From Dehalococcoidia bacterium (lineage in GTDB: Bacteria; Chloroflexota; Dehalococcoidia; UBA2979): a stretch of 64,000 bases of DNA. The notes under the pieces were generated by a model. That model saw only the letters and a program-made list of their open reading frames with translations. It was not told where the DNA came from and ran no database searches. Of the stretch, positions 18,659 through 30,615 are shown piece by piece. Position 1 is the stretch's first letter. The number at the start of each line of letters is the position of its first letter. A program made the position numbers and the translations under genes. The stretch spans positions 3,168,001 to 3,232,000 of the forward strand of contig OZ244720.1 in the NCBI GenBank assembly GCA_965219085.1. Direction: 5' to 3'.

Positions 18659-21600
18659 CGTGATGTCCTCCTCTGCCCACTTTCATGGGCCAAAGGACTC
18701 TCATCAACGGTGGTCCCGTTTCAAGGGGTCGGGTCACATGACTTCGAACACCCCGAGGGCGACTCGATCTTCACTCTCGTCGTGAACGGGCAGGCTGTCG
18801 AGCGCGACTTGAGCGCCCTGACCATCAACGCCCCAACCCCTACGGCGCCACTGAAGAGTTGCAGGACCAGCTCGTCTACCGGGTGACGCATCAAGAGGGT
18901 CAGGCGGACGTCCTGAACTCCAAGGAACACGAACTCCTGTGGAATTCCTGAGACCACATGGCGGTGGAAGGCTGCACCCAGCATCACTTCGCCGGCGATC
19001 CTGATACACCGACTGTTCCTGGTTCAACTCGATCAAGGCAGTCGATGGCGACTACCTGCTGTCGATGCGTGGATGCGCGAAGGTATTGCTGATCGACGGC
19101 GAGACCGGCGATGTGATCTGGCGAATGGGCCGGACCAACCTGACCGATGCAGAGTGGGCGGCGAGCGGTACGGACATCAGCCCGACGACCGGCCCTGCGC
19201 CGCTCACCATCATCGATGATCTCTGGGCGAATTCTGTGGGCAGCATTCGGCGAGGATCCTCGGCAACGGCAACCTCCTGCTCTATGACAATGGCAGCCAT
19301 TGCGCGATAAACCTGGAGGACGGCAGAACCTGGCGAAGAAATAATCAGTTCACCCGGGTCGTGGAGTATTCCCTTGACCTTGAGCAGGGCGAGGCCACTT
19401 GGCTGCGTCAACACACGCTGCGGGGCCAGGAGAATGCGTTCTCTACCTCGAGCGGCTCTGTCGCGTCGGTTCCCAACGGGAACTGGCTGATCAGCTGGAG
19501 CAGACCCGCTGGCGGCTAGCAGCCACACGTCTGTGTTCAATCCCGGCGCGCCGCAGGTGGTGGTCGCCTTCAACCGGCCCGTGGTTGACTTCGCCGCCGA
19601 CACGCGCTCGGTTGAGGTCAGCGGAGCGACCATCGACAAGCGTCAGCCCACGCATCGTCGCCGGGGAAGTGGCGAATGCCTACATCTTCACGCTGACTCC
19701 GGAGGGCAGCGGCCACATCACGTTCCGCCTGGTCGCGAACAAGCCGTGCGCGGACGGTGGCATCTGTGCGGCGGACGGATTCCTGCTCTCCGTCGGCCTC
19801 TCCGTCACCACCTCCGCGGCGAACACGCCCGGAGAACGCGCTGGGGACGCCGTTCACCTACGCCGGTGGTGACGAGGTTGCAGGGCCCGAGTCGGGCGCC
19901 GCGACGAAGCGGAGTGCGCCCCAGGATCGCGAAGCAGGAGAACTTCTCAGGCACGCTCGACACCTACACGGCGACCGACCCCGAAGGGGTGACGACGTTC
20001 ACGTGGTCGCTCGAGGGTGACAATGCCAGCGACTTCACGATCGGCGAGAGCACGGGCGTGCTTCGGTTCATGGCTCCGCCCGACTTCGACATTCCCGGGG
20101 ACAGCGATCGGAACAACATCTACCTGCTGGCCGCGAAGGCGAGCGACGGGACCATGACGGGCGAGTACGCGGTGAGCGTGGAGGTCACTGGGGCCGACGA
20201 GCGTCATGGACTTCCCGGAGAACAGCCCCAGGACGAGGGTCGTCGGCCGCTACTCCGCGAGCGACCCCGAGCGCGAGGGGGTCACGTGGTCGGATCTTTC
20301 CGGGGCCGATGCGGGCAAATTCGAGCTCAACAACACCGGCCTGCTGACCTTCATGAACTCCCCGAACGACGAGGAGCAGCCGGAGTACGAGGTCACGGTC
20401 AACGCCTCCGACGGCGGCTTCACGGGCAGCCTCGACGTAACCGTGACTGTGAGCGATGTCAACGAGCCGCCAGTGGTCACGCGGCGGACGAACACAGGCG
20501 CGTTCAGCGTCGTCGAGCACAGCGGGACCTTGATCGGCGCCTTCAACGCCACGGACCCCGAGGGCGACGCGGTCAGGTGGTCGCTGACGGGGACCGACGC
20601 CGCCGACTTCGCGATCAGCAATGGCCCCGGCACGCCTGGCGAGCTCAGCTTCCGGGGCGCCTCCGGACTACGACAATGCGATCGACTCCAACAAAGACAA
20701 CGAGTACCACGTCACCGTGCAGGCCACGGAGGCGGACGACACCGACCCGCTGACTCGCGAGCTGACGGGCAGCCTGCCCGTGATCGTCAGGGTCACTGAC
20801 ATCGACGAAGTGCCAACCGTCACGGGGAATCTGACACCCAACGTGGCAGAGAACACGACCGCGGTCACGACCTACAGGGCCAGCGACCTCGACGGCGTCG
20901 AGATCACGTGGTCACTGGAAGGGGCCGGCGCCAGCAGCTTCACGATCAGCGGCACGGGCGCACTCTCGTTCCGGAGCCTCCCGAACTACGAAGCCCAGAC
21001 CCGGCACAGCGTGACCGTGCGCGCATCTGACGGGACCAACAACGTCGACCGCGCCGTCACGGTCACCGTCACCGACGTGGATGAGCTGGAGAAGCTCGTG
21101 CTCATGCCGCGCCGGCCGCTCATCGGCATCGACTACACGGCTGCCTTCCAGGAGGGGACGGGCGATGTCGTGCAGTCGGCGACGTGGGTGTGGGAGCGCT
21201 CCACCAACCACAACAGCGGCTGGACGACCATCAGCGGGGCGACGGCGGCGACGTACCGTCCGGTGGGCGCCGACCGCGACCACTACCTGCGCGTGACCGC
21301 CTTCTACAACGATGGGCACAGCGCGAAGACCCTGCTGGCGACCTCGGAGTTGAAGACGGCGCCGGACAGCACCACGAGCACCGCGCCGACGTTCCCGAGC
21401 CCGCTGTTCGCGGGCGGCGTGACCGGCCTCTCAGTCCGCGAGAACGCCGCCGCCGGCACCGACGTCGGGACCGCGCTGCCCGCGACCGACGCGCAGAACA
21501 GCCGCTCAGCTACTCCCTCGCGGTCACGGGCTTCACCAGCGATCCGCCGTTCGAGATCGACGAGCACACTCGGCAGATCACCGTCGCGACCGGCACCGTG

Positions 21601-24172
21601 CTCAACCATGAGGGGCAGGAGACGTACGGCGTCACGGTGACGGTGCAGGACGACTTCAACGCCACCGCCAGCGCCACGTTCAACATCGCCGTCGAGGACG
21701 TGAACGAGCGGCCGGTGGCGGTCCCAGACATCCCACCGGCGACCGACGAGGACACGGGCGACCACCTTCGCCGTCCTCGCGAACGACGAAGACCCCGACG
21801 ACGGCGACACCCTGGAAGTGACGCTGACGAGCAGCCCGGACCCCGGGCGCGTCGCGCTGGATCCGAGCACGCAAATGGTGACCTACACACCGGCTCAGAA
21901 CGACCACGGGACGTACACGTTCCGCTACACAGCCTCGGACGGGGTCCTTACCAGCGCCCCCCTGGTCACGGTCACGGTCAACCGGGTGAACGACGCGCCC
22001 GTGTCACCGAGTCGGCGCCCGCGCGATCCGTGTCTGAGGACGCCGAGGCCGACGCACCCGTCGGCGAACGTGTCGAGGCGACAGACGCCGACGAGGGCGA
22101 CACGGTCACGTACAGCCTCTCGGGTGCTGATGCGTCCCTCTTCGAGATCGACGCCGACGGTCAGATCACCGTCTCGAACAGCGCGATCCTCAACGCGACC
22201 ACCGACGCCACCGCCATGCTCATGCTCACCGTCACCGCCGATGACGGGAACGGAGGCGAGGCGACAGTCGAGGTGACCATCACCGTCACGGCCGGGCCGG
22301 TAGGACCACCGATCATCATCGGCGGTGGTGGTGGCGGCCCCTCCGGGCCCAGCCCGAGCGATGTCGACTTCGAGTGGAACGTGACGCGCGACATCGATGA
22401 TCTCGCCGGCGGGCAACACCATGGCGACCGGCCTCTGGTCGGACGGCGAGACGCTGGGTGGTCGACAACGCCGACGGCGCCGGCGACGCCGTCTACGCCT
22501 ACGACCTCGCGACGGGCGAACGCCTCGAGCAGCGCGAGTTCGAACTCGACAACGCCAACCTCGCGCCTCGCGGCCTCTGGTCCGACCCCAGCACCATCTG
22601 GATCTCCGACAGCGGCAAGGACAAGCTCTTCGCACACGACCTCGCGAGCGGCGAACGCCTGCCCGACTCCGACCTCGCACTGCACCCCGACAACAACGAC
22701 CCACGCGGCATCTGGTCCGACGGCTCGACCATGTGGGTCCTCGGCGACCACGACGACGCCCCCTTCGGCTACGACCTCGCGACCGGCGAGCTGGTCGCCC
22801 GGCACGCCCTCGACTCCGCCAACGACGACCCGCGCGGCCTCTGGTCGGACCGCGTCACGGTCTGGGTCTCCAACCACGACCCCAAGCGCCTCTTCGCCTA
22901 CCGCCTCGAGGACGGCGAGCTCGTGCGCAACAGCGACGGGGAGTTCGGGGATCTGAGCAGGGCCAGCAACAGCAGCCCGCGCGGCCTCTGGTCGGACGGC
23001 GACGTCATGTACGTCGCCGACAAGAGCGACGACAAGGTCTACACCTACAACATGCCCGACGCCATCGACGCCCGTCTCACCTCGCTCACCCTCAGCGGCA
23101 TCGACATCGGCGAGTTCCTGCCGGGTCGGACGGAGTACGAGGGCGTCGTCGCCGAGGGCGTGACGGAAACCACGGTCGAGGCCGAGCCCGCGCAGGACGA
23201 CGCGGGCGCTCCCACCCACCCGCCCGACGCCAACGAGGAGGCCGACGGCCACCAGGTGGCGCTGGACGGAGTCTCCGAGATCACCGTCACCGTGACCTCG
23301 GCGGACGGCAGCCGCGAACGCGTCTACCGCGTGGGGCTCGGCGATCCGGAGCGGGCAGCCACGAGCGAGCCCGGATTCGGCTGCTTCCGCGGCGATGTCG
23401 CCGTCGGCTTCAGCCTCCTCGTCTACGCAGGGGCAGCATCGAGGATCTGGAGGCTTGCGCGCGGGACCGGCACATCGTGGCCCTCTACGCGCTGCACGGC
23501 GGCGTCCACGTCTCCTACATCCTCGAAGCGCCCGAGTTCGTGTACCAGCCCTTCGTCGAGCTGTTCGCGGACGGCGTGCCCCCGGTCACACCGCTGACCG
23601 TCAGGAGCGACGGGCCGCCCTCAGCGGACCCGAACCCGGGCGCCGGCGACATCGTGGAGCCTGGGCAGGACTGCATGAGTGGCGACATCGTCGAGGGCTT
23701 CAGCCTCGTCGTCTACGAGGGCGGGAGCGTCGAGAACCTCCGGGCCTGCGCGCGGAGCCGGGGCGCCACAGCCCTCTACACGCTCGACGGCGGCGAGTTT
23801 GTCTCGCTCATCCTCGGTGCGCCGGACCTCGTCGACGACCCCTTCCGCGAGCTGTTCCCCGGCGGGCTCGCCCCGGTCACCCCGCTGATCGTCAGGAGCA
23901 ACTGACTTCCGGCAGCGAGGTCCAGCCAGTGACGTCACGGCGGACTGTCGGGGGAAGCGCGTACTGCGCTCCCCCTTCGCGCGCCAGGCAAGAGCCACGC
24001 TCAGGAGCAGCGGGACGCGCACGGTCATGTCGTCCTGGAGCAGCGACACCGATCACGAGCTAGATCTCGGCCGCGAAGCCCGCGACCACGAGCAGCGCGC
24101 GCCGGGCCCAGTCACCTCGCCCACCGCGGCGCGCCATTACCTATGATGGCCGCGCCGTCGAGGGGGTGGGCG

Positions 24173-24976
24173 ATGCCCGAGTTCGAGACGATTCGCTTCG
24201 AGGTCGAGGGGCCGCGCGCGACGATCACGCTCAACCGCCCGGAGCGCATCAACGCCTTCAACGGCGCCATGGAGCGCGAGATGCGCGACGCCTGGACGAT
24301 CGTGCGCGACAGCGACGCGATCCGCGTCGTGGTGCTGACCGGCGCAGGCGATCGCGGCTTCTGCTCCGGCGTCGACCGCCGCGCCGAGGACGGCGAGCGC
24401 CTCTCCCAGCAGTTGGCGACGAACCTGTGGAACCGCGAGGATGCCGGCGCGTTCCTCGGGCCGAAGAGCAACCGCGTCTACAAGCCGGTCATCAGCGCGG
24501 TCCACGGCATCGCCTGCGGCGGCGCGTTCTACATGCTCGGCGAGTCCGACATCATCGTCGCCTCCGAGGACGCCACCTTCTTCGACCCCCACACGACGTA
24601 CGGTCTGACCGCGGTCTTCGAACCAATCCTCGCGCGGCAGTGGCTCCCCTACGGCGAGGTGATGCGCATGGTGCTGCTCGGCAACGACGAGCGGATCAGC
24701 GCACGGCGCGCGCTCGAACTCGGGTTCGTGACCGACGTCGTGACCCGCGAGCAGTTGCTGCCGGCCGCCTACGGACTCGCCGAGCGCATCGCCGCGAAGC
24801 CACCGGCCGCCGTGCAGGGCAGCATCTACGCGCTCTGGGAGAGCCTCTCGCTGCCGCTCGGCGCCGCGATCCAGCAAGGCATGCCGCTCACCGACATCGG
24901 CAACGCGGCGGTACGTCCCGAGGAGGTCACGGCCACCTTCGGGGCGGGCGCGGACCGTACGTTCCGCGTGCGCTGA
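24173..24976 (+). CDS. Enoyl-CoA hydratase/isomerase family protein
   Basis: ITLNRPERINAF, GFCSGVD, KPVISAVHGIACGG. Confidence 0.9.
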   Translation: MPEFETIRFEVEGPRATITLNRPERINAFNGAMEREMRDAWTIVRDSDAIRVVVLTGAGDRGFCSGVDRRAEDGERLSQQLATNLWNREDAGAFLGPKSNRVYKPVISAVHGIACGGAFYMLGESDIIVASEDATFFDPHTTYGLTAVFEPILARQWLPYGEVMRMVLLGNDERISARRALELGFVTDVVTREQLLPAAYGLAERIAAKPPAAVQGSIYALWESLSLPLGAAIQQGMPLTDIGNAAVRPEEVTATFGAGADRTFRVR

Positions 24977-25091
24977 GGACAGCGTGATTCGGCAGGCCGG
25001 CGGCGACGGCTCGCTGCGTCGCCGCACATCGATGTGAGTTCGCGGCTGTCGCGAAGGGCGGACACCGTCCGCGGGTACGCAGGGGGACGCA

Positions 25092-26000
25092 GTGGTCACG
25101 ATCGGCGACATGTTCCACGTCATCCACATCTACGACGAGCTCCAGCCGCTCGACGACTGGTACGACAGGATCTTCGCGCCCAGGCGCTCGATGCTGGGCA
25201 ACTACAGCGCGACCGAGAAGCGCGACGCCTCGCTCTGCTACATCAGCGACTTCTGCATGGAGACGATGGCCCCGGCGCACCGGGTCGCGGGCGCGGCGGA
25301 CATGCCGGTCGGCCGGTTCCACCGGCGCTTCGGCAACCACCTGCACTCGATCGCGTGGTTCGTCAGCGACGGCATGCCCGAGCTCTTCGGGCGGTTGCAG
25401 GACGCCGGCGTGAGGCTCTTCACCGACGGGGGAGGCGCCGCGACCGACATCTCGCAGCTCGCCGCGGCGGCGTTCACGCACCCGCGCGACACGAAGCGCC
25501 AGTGGGAGCTGATGGCGGCGACGGGCGACCAGGCGGATCCGACCGCGCGCATCGGGGGCTGGTCCGTCGAGTTCTGGCGCGACGAGCACCCGATGGGCAT
25601 CCTCCCCTCGGCGTGGCACATCACCGTCAGCGTGCGCGACCTCGACGAGGGCGCCGGTCTCTACGAGCGGCTGCTCGGCGCCCACGTCGTACACGAGGAG
25701 GAGGACGCCGCGAAAGGCGCGCGCAGCCGCTACCTCAGCGTCGGCCAGAACACGCTGATCGAGGTGGCGACCCCCACCGGGTCCGACAGCCTGCTGGCAC
25801 GCGACCTCGACAGCCGGGGCGAGATCATCCACGCCGTCACATTCCGCACGAGGGACCTCGCCGCCGCGCGGCAACACGTCCTTGCGCAGGGCGTCGGCGT
25901 CGAGGAGGTCTCGCCCGAGACGTTCCTGATCAGCCCCGACGACTCGATGGGCGCCACCCTCTACATCAGCGAGCGGGCAATCCCCGGAGACCCTCGGTGA
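25092..26000 (+). CDS. VOC/glyoxalase superfamily protein (two domains)
   Basis: FHVIH...METMAP...LHSIAWFV; WHITVSVRDLDE...IEVATP...IHAVTF. Confidence 0.8.
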   Translation: MVTIGDMFHVIHIYDELQPLDDWYDRIFAPRRSMLGNYSATEKRDASLCYISDFCMETMAPAHRVAGAADMPVGRFHRRFGNHLHSIAWFVSDGMPELFGRLQDAGVRLFTDGGGAATDISQLAAAAFTHPRDTKRQWELMAATGDQADPTARIGGWSVEFWRDEHPMGILPSAWHITVSVRDLDEGAGLYERLLGAHVVHEEEDAAKGARSRYLSVGQNTLIEVATPTGSDSLLARDLDSRGEIIHAVTFRTRDLAAARQHVLAQGVGVEEVSPETFLISPDDSMGATLYISERAIPGDPR

Positions 26001-26055
26001 TGCACGGCCCCGCGCTCGCGGCGCGGCTGCGGACGGCAATGGCGAGGGGCGACGC

Positions 26056-28564
26056 GTGACGCTGACGCTGCCGCTCGACGGGCTCCGCATCGTCGACCTC
26101 ACGCAGGAGGCGATGGGGCCGTTCTGCACACGGCTGCTCGCCGACTACGGTGCGGAGGTCATCAAGATCGAGCCGCCGGCGGGCGATCCGGCGCGGGCGC
26201 TGCCTCCGTTCGCCGCCGACACGCCCGGACCGGAGCGCAGCGGGACGTTCCTGTTCCTCAACACCAACAAGCGCAGCGTGGTCCTCGATCTCGAGCTCCC
26301 GGCGGACCGTGAACGGCTGCTCGACCTCGTCGCCGGCGCGGACGCGGTGGTGGAGAGTTTCGCGCCCGGCACGCTTGACGCGCTCGGGCTGGGCTACGAG
26401 CGGCTCGCGGCGGTGAACCCCCGGGTCGTGCTGACCTCGATCACGCACTTCGGGCAGGACGGCCCCTACCGCGACTGGCAGGCGACCGACCTCACCGTCT
26501 ACGCGATGGGCGGGCCGATGCTCACCACCGGTCACATCGACCACGAACCGATCCGGGTCGCAGGCCGCATGGCGAGTTACCAGGTCGGCTACATGGCGGC
26601 GCTGGCGACCGCCGTCGGCCTGCACGCGGCGGAGGCGCGCGGCACAGGCGAGCACCTCGACGTGAGCGCGTTCGAGGCGCTCACGGACTCGATCGACACA
26701 CGCCTCACGCGGTTGCAGGGCTACCAGTACTCCGGCAGCCTCGCGCAGCGCGGTTCGCTCGCCCGGGGCGTTGGCATGGGCACGTATCCGTGCGCCGATG
26801 GCTTCGTGACGCTGTCCGGCGGATTGCCGGCGCAAATCCCCCGGCTCTTCCGCATGCTCGGCGTCGAGCACCTGCTGGAGCAGCCGGAGTGGAGCGCACC
26901 GGGCATGGCGTTCGACCCGGAGCGCGTCGACGCGTTCGCCGCGTACCTGCTCCCATGGACGCTCGCCCGCACGAAGCGCGAGGTTCGCGAGGCGTGCCAG
27001 GAGTACGGCGTGCTCGGCGCGCCGATCTCGACCGTCGCCGAGGTCCTCGACGACCCGAGCTTCGTCGAGCGCGGCTTCTTCCAGGAGATCGACCACCCGG
27101 AGACGGGCGCGGTCCGCTACCCCGGATACCACTTCACGCTGCATAGCGAGGACGGCCCGATGCCGCCGCGGCGCCGCGCACCGCTGCTCGGCGAACACAC
27201 CGACGAGATCCTCGGCGCCCTGCCCGAGCGCCGGCCTGCCGGCCGCCGGGGCGAGGACCGCCTCGGCGATCGGCTCCCGCTCGAGGGCATGCGCATCCTC
27301 GACTTCACCGTGGTGTGGGCGGGGCCCTACGCCACGATGCTGCTCGCCGACTGGGGCGCGGAGGTGATCCGCATCGAGTCCCGGCAGCACTTCGCGCCGA
27401 ACACGCGCGGCTTCATCGCCCACATGACGCGCGAGGTGGTGGCCGGCAATCCGGCGCTCGCATCGTTGTATCCGGACGGCGATCCGGGGGACGAGGCGTG
27501 GAACCGCAACGCACTGTTCAACGGGCACGGGCGCGGCAAGCGCTCGATGACGCTCGACCTCACGCGCCCCGAGGGCCAGGAGCAGTTCGAGCGGCTGGTC
27601 GCCATGGCCGACGGCCTGATCGAGAACAACCTGCCACCGAACATCGAGAAGCTCGGCATCACGTGGGAGCGGCTGTCGCGCATCAACCCCCGGCTCGTGC
27701 TGGTGCGCATGCCGGCGTTCGGCGTGAACGGCCCGTATCGCTCCTACCGGACGCTCGGCAACCACATGGAGTCGATTGCGGGGCACCCGCCGATCCGCGC
27801 CTACCCCGACCTCAGCCTCGAGTACGCGCCGACCGGCGTACCGGCCGACGCTGCCTCCGGGATCGGCGGCGCGCTCGGGTTCCTGCTCGGCCTTCGCCAC
27901 CGCGAGCGGACGGAGCGCGGCCTGATGGTGGAGCTCGCGACAGCGGAGAACATGGTGCCGTTCCTCGGCGAGTTCGTCATGGACTACGTGCTCAACGGCC
28001 GCGAGTGGGAGCACATGGGCAACGACCACTGGTGGCTCGCGCCGCACGGCGCCTACCCGTGCGCCGGCGGCGACCGCTGGATCGCGATCGCGTGCCGCAA
28101 CGACCAGGAGTGGCGGGCGCTGTGTGACGTGATGCTGCGCCCCGAACTCGCCGGGGACGTGCGCTTCGCCTCGATGGAGCAGCGCTACGCGAACCGCCGC
28201 GAGCTCGATCGCGAGATCGCCGCGTGGACGGCCGACGTCGAACCGACGTGGCTGATGGGCCGCCTGCAACGTGCCGGCATTCCCGCCGGCGTGCTGATGA
28301 ACGAGCACGACCTGTTGCACGACGAGCAGCTTCGCGCGCGACTTCTTCCAGTGGATCGACTCGCCATCGACCGGCCGCCAGCTGCACCCGACCCGGCCAT
28401 GGCGGGCCAGCCGCACGCCGGTGCGCCCGGTGCGGCACGCGGCGCGGCTCGGCGAGGACAACGAGTACGTCTACCGCGAACTCCTCGGCTTCACCGAGGA
28501 GCAGTACCGCCGCTTCGAGGAGCTGGGCCACATCGGCGCCGACTACGACCCCTCGGTGCCCTGA
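26056..28564 (+). CDS. Fused two-domain family III CoA-transferase (CaiB/BaiF) with an apparent frameshift near 28335
   Basis: PLDGLRIVDL and PLEGMRILDF domains; the C-terminus (DFFQWIDSP...AARLGEDNEYV) continues in another frame to TGA 28562-28564. Confidence 0.85.
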
Positions 28565-28641
28565 TCACCGGCTCACTCGGGAGGCAGTCAGGGAGATCGC
28601 GCGCTCTGAGGCGGCTCACGCCGGCGCCAGCGCCATCACGC

Positions 28642-30420
28642 TCACGGCGGCCAGACGAGCAGGATCAACGGTACGGCGACGACTGTGATCACGGCCTCGA
28701 GGGGCAGCCCCAGCCGCCAGTAGTCGCCGAAGCGGTAGCCGCCCGGGCCCATCACCAGCAGGTTCGACTGATGACCGATCGGCGTCAGGAACGCGGCCGA
28801 GGCGCCGACGGCGACGGCCATGAGGAAGGGGTCGGGTGAGGCGCTGAGCCCGCCCGCGACACCGAGCGCGATCGGCGCCATGAGCACGGCTGCCGCGGTG
28901 TTGTTGACCAGGTCCGACAGGAACATCGAGATCATCAGCACTGCCGCGACGCTCATCCAGAGCGGCAGGTCGGCGCTCACGGCGACGAGCGCCTCTGCAA
29001 CCTGCGCCGCCAGGCCGGTGTCCTCGAGCGCGCCGCCCACGGGGATCATCGCGCCGAGCAGCACGATCACCCTCCAGTCGATCGCCTCGTACACCTCTTT
29101 CGGCGAGACGAGCCCAACGAGTCCCATCACTGCCGCGGCGCCGGCCATCGCCACCTGGATCGGCAGCAGCCGGAGCGCGGCCGCCGTCACCAGGGCGCCG
29201 CCGAGGATCGACACGGCGAGCAGCGCACGGCGCTCTTGCCTGCCGATGCTGAGACCGCGTTCCGCAAGCGGTAAGCACTTCAGCGCATCGAGCACGGCCG
29301 GGAGTTCGCCGCGATTCGCCTGCAGGAGCAACACGTCGCCGACCTCGAGCAGTGTCTCCCGCATGCGCATGCGGGACTGCCGGCCGCGGCGCGAGACTGC
29401 CAGCACGTTCACGTGGTGGCGCCGGCGCAGATCAGCCTGCACCACCGTCCTGGCTCGCAGCGGGGAGTCGGGCATGACCACGGCCTCGGCCAGGACGACG
29501 TCGCCGCCAGCGAGTTCGTCCACGACGTTCGCTCTCCCGCTCGGGGTCTCCAGGCCCGCGTCGGCGACGAGCGCCTCAAGCGCATCGCCGCTGGCTTCGA
29601 CGACGAGCACGTCGCCCGCGCGCAGGAGCTCGAAGCTCGAGGGAAGCGCGATCCTGTAGTCGCTCCGCACGATCGCGACCACGACGAAGTCCGCCTGGGA
29701 CCCTCTGCCGATCTCGAAAATGCTGCGGCCATCCGTGGGGGATCCCTCCGGGATACGGAGCTCGAAGAGGTAGTCACTGATCTCGAACAGGCGTCCGCTC
29801 GCCCCTGCCTCCCGGCGTGGGATGAGCCGCCATCCGACCAGGGCGATGAACGCCAGGCCCGCGACCGCGACGCCGAGTCCGACCGGTGCGAAATCGAACA
29901 TCGCGAACGCCTCGCCGGAAGCTTCCGCGCGGAAGGTGGCGATCACGATGTTGGGCGGAGTTCCCACGAGCGTGACCAGGCCTCCGAGGAGCGAAGCGAA
30001 GGCGAGCGGCATGAGGACGGCCGACGGGCCAGCCCCGCCCTGGCGGGACATCCGGATCGCCGTGGGCATCAGGACGGCCAGCGCCCCGACGTTATTGATG
30101 AACGCCGACAGCCCCGCGGCCAGCCCGGAGGTCGCGGCTATCTGGCGAGTGGGCGAGGTTCCCGCGCTCGTGAGCCAGCGGGCCAGGAGATCGACGGCTC
30201 CCGAGTTCTCCAGGCCCCGGCTGGCAACGAGCACGGCTGCGACGGTCACGACCGCCGGGTGGCCAAAGTCGGCAAACGCCTGTTCACCGGGAATGACGCC
30301 GCCCAGCACGAGCGTCAACAGCGCGAGGAGCGCCACCGCGTCGTATCGCCACCGCCCCCACACAAAGAAGACGAACGTGACGGCGAGCACGAGGACGACG
30401 AGCAACTGATCGGTACCCAC
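28642..30420 (-). CDS. SLC13/CitMHS permease with TrkA-C domains
   Basis: SAFINNVGA, TLVGTPPN and FLTPIGHQSN motifs; two RCK-C segments. Confidence 0.9.
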   Translation of the reverse strand: MGTDQLLVVLVLAVTFVFFVWGRWRYDAVALLALLTLVLGGVIPGEQAFADFGHPAVVTVAAVLVASRGLENSGAVDLLARWLTSAGTSPTRQIAATSGLAAGLSAFINNVGALAVLMPTAIRMSRQGGAGPSAVLMPLAFASLLGGLVTLVGTPPNIVIATFRAEASGEAFAMFDFAPVGLGVAVAGLAFIALVGWRLIPRREAGASGRLFEISDYLFELRIPEGSPTDGRSIFEIGRGSQADFVVVAIVRSDYRIALPSSFELLRAGDVLVVEASGDALEALVADAGLETPSGRANVVDELAGGDVVLAEAVVMPDSPLRARTVVQADLRRRHHVNVLAVSRRGRQSRMRMRETLLEVGDVLLLQANRGELPAVLDALKCLPLAERGLSIGRQERRALLAVSILGGALVTAAALRLLPIQVAMAGAAAVMGLVGLVSPKEVYEAIDWRVIVLLGAMIPVGGALEDTGLAAQVAEALVAVSADLPLWMSVAAVLMISMFLSDLVNNTAAAVLMAPIALGVAGGLSASPDPFLMAVAVGASAAFLTPIGHQSNLLVMGPGGYRFGDYWRLGLPLEAVITVVAVPLILLVWPP

Positions 30421-30567
30421 GGGTGCGTAGGATAGGCGATCGCTCGTCGGCTGTTCGGTCGCTCCGGCCGAGCCCGAGCCCCGAGCACCGTCGGAGTTCA
30501 CGCCCGTGCGGGTCCCAGTCCTGCTCCTCGAAGCGGCGGCGGCCACTGCGCCAGGCAACTCAGACAT

Positions 30568-30615
30568 CGTTGGGGTTAATGCCCCGTGTGGGTTCGAGTC
30601 CCACCTTCGGCGCCA
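30568..30615 (+). tRNA. 3' half of a long-variable-arm tRNA (Leu-like); att-like fragment, not an intact gene
   Basis: GGGG-TTAATG-CCCC variable arm, GTGGGTTCGAGTCCCAC T-arm, CTTCGGCGCCA acceptor strand; no recognisable D-arm upstream. Confidence 0.75.

Larger units (their letters stand above)
17497..18736 (-). mobile_element. IS3 family element (IS407-like) with a 4-bp CATG target duplication
   Basis: Terminal inverted repeats TGACCGGACCCC / TGACCCGACCCC; CATG at 17493-17496 and 18737-18740. Confidence 0.93.
15440..23905 (+). pseudogene. Giant multidomain surface protein(s): two arylsulfotransferase-like domains, Ig-like domains, cadherin repeats, beta-propeller, cadherin-like beta-sandwich, tandem C-terminal domain; many frameshifts and an IS3 insertion
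   Basis: DYAHINSVQ, SLRGCSKVLGID, FCGQHAAQILPNGNLLLYDNG, SRAVEY; cadherin motifs ATDPEG, PDYD, VTVSDVNEPP; repeated PRGLWSDG. Confidence 0.8.

Noticed and set aside
22420-23060. Roughly 135-bp periodic repeats as a non-coding array
   Set aside because: They translate in frame as beta-propeller blades with synonymous variation.
30525-30615. Intact tRNA-Sec or tRNA-Ser (G discriminator, nearby TCA)
   Set aside because: No convincing D-arm, anticodon stem or full 5' acceptor strand; best read as a Leu-like 3' fragment.
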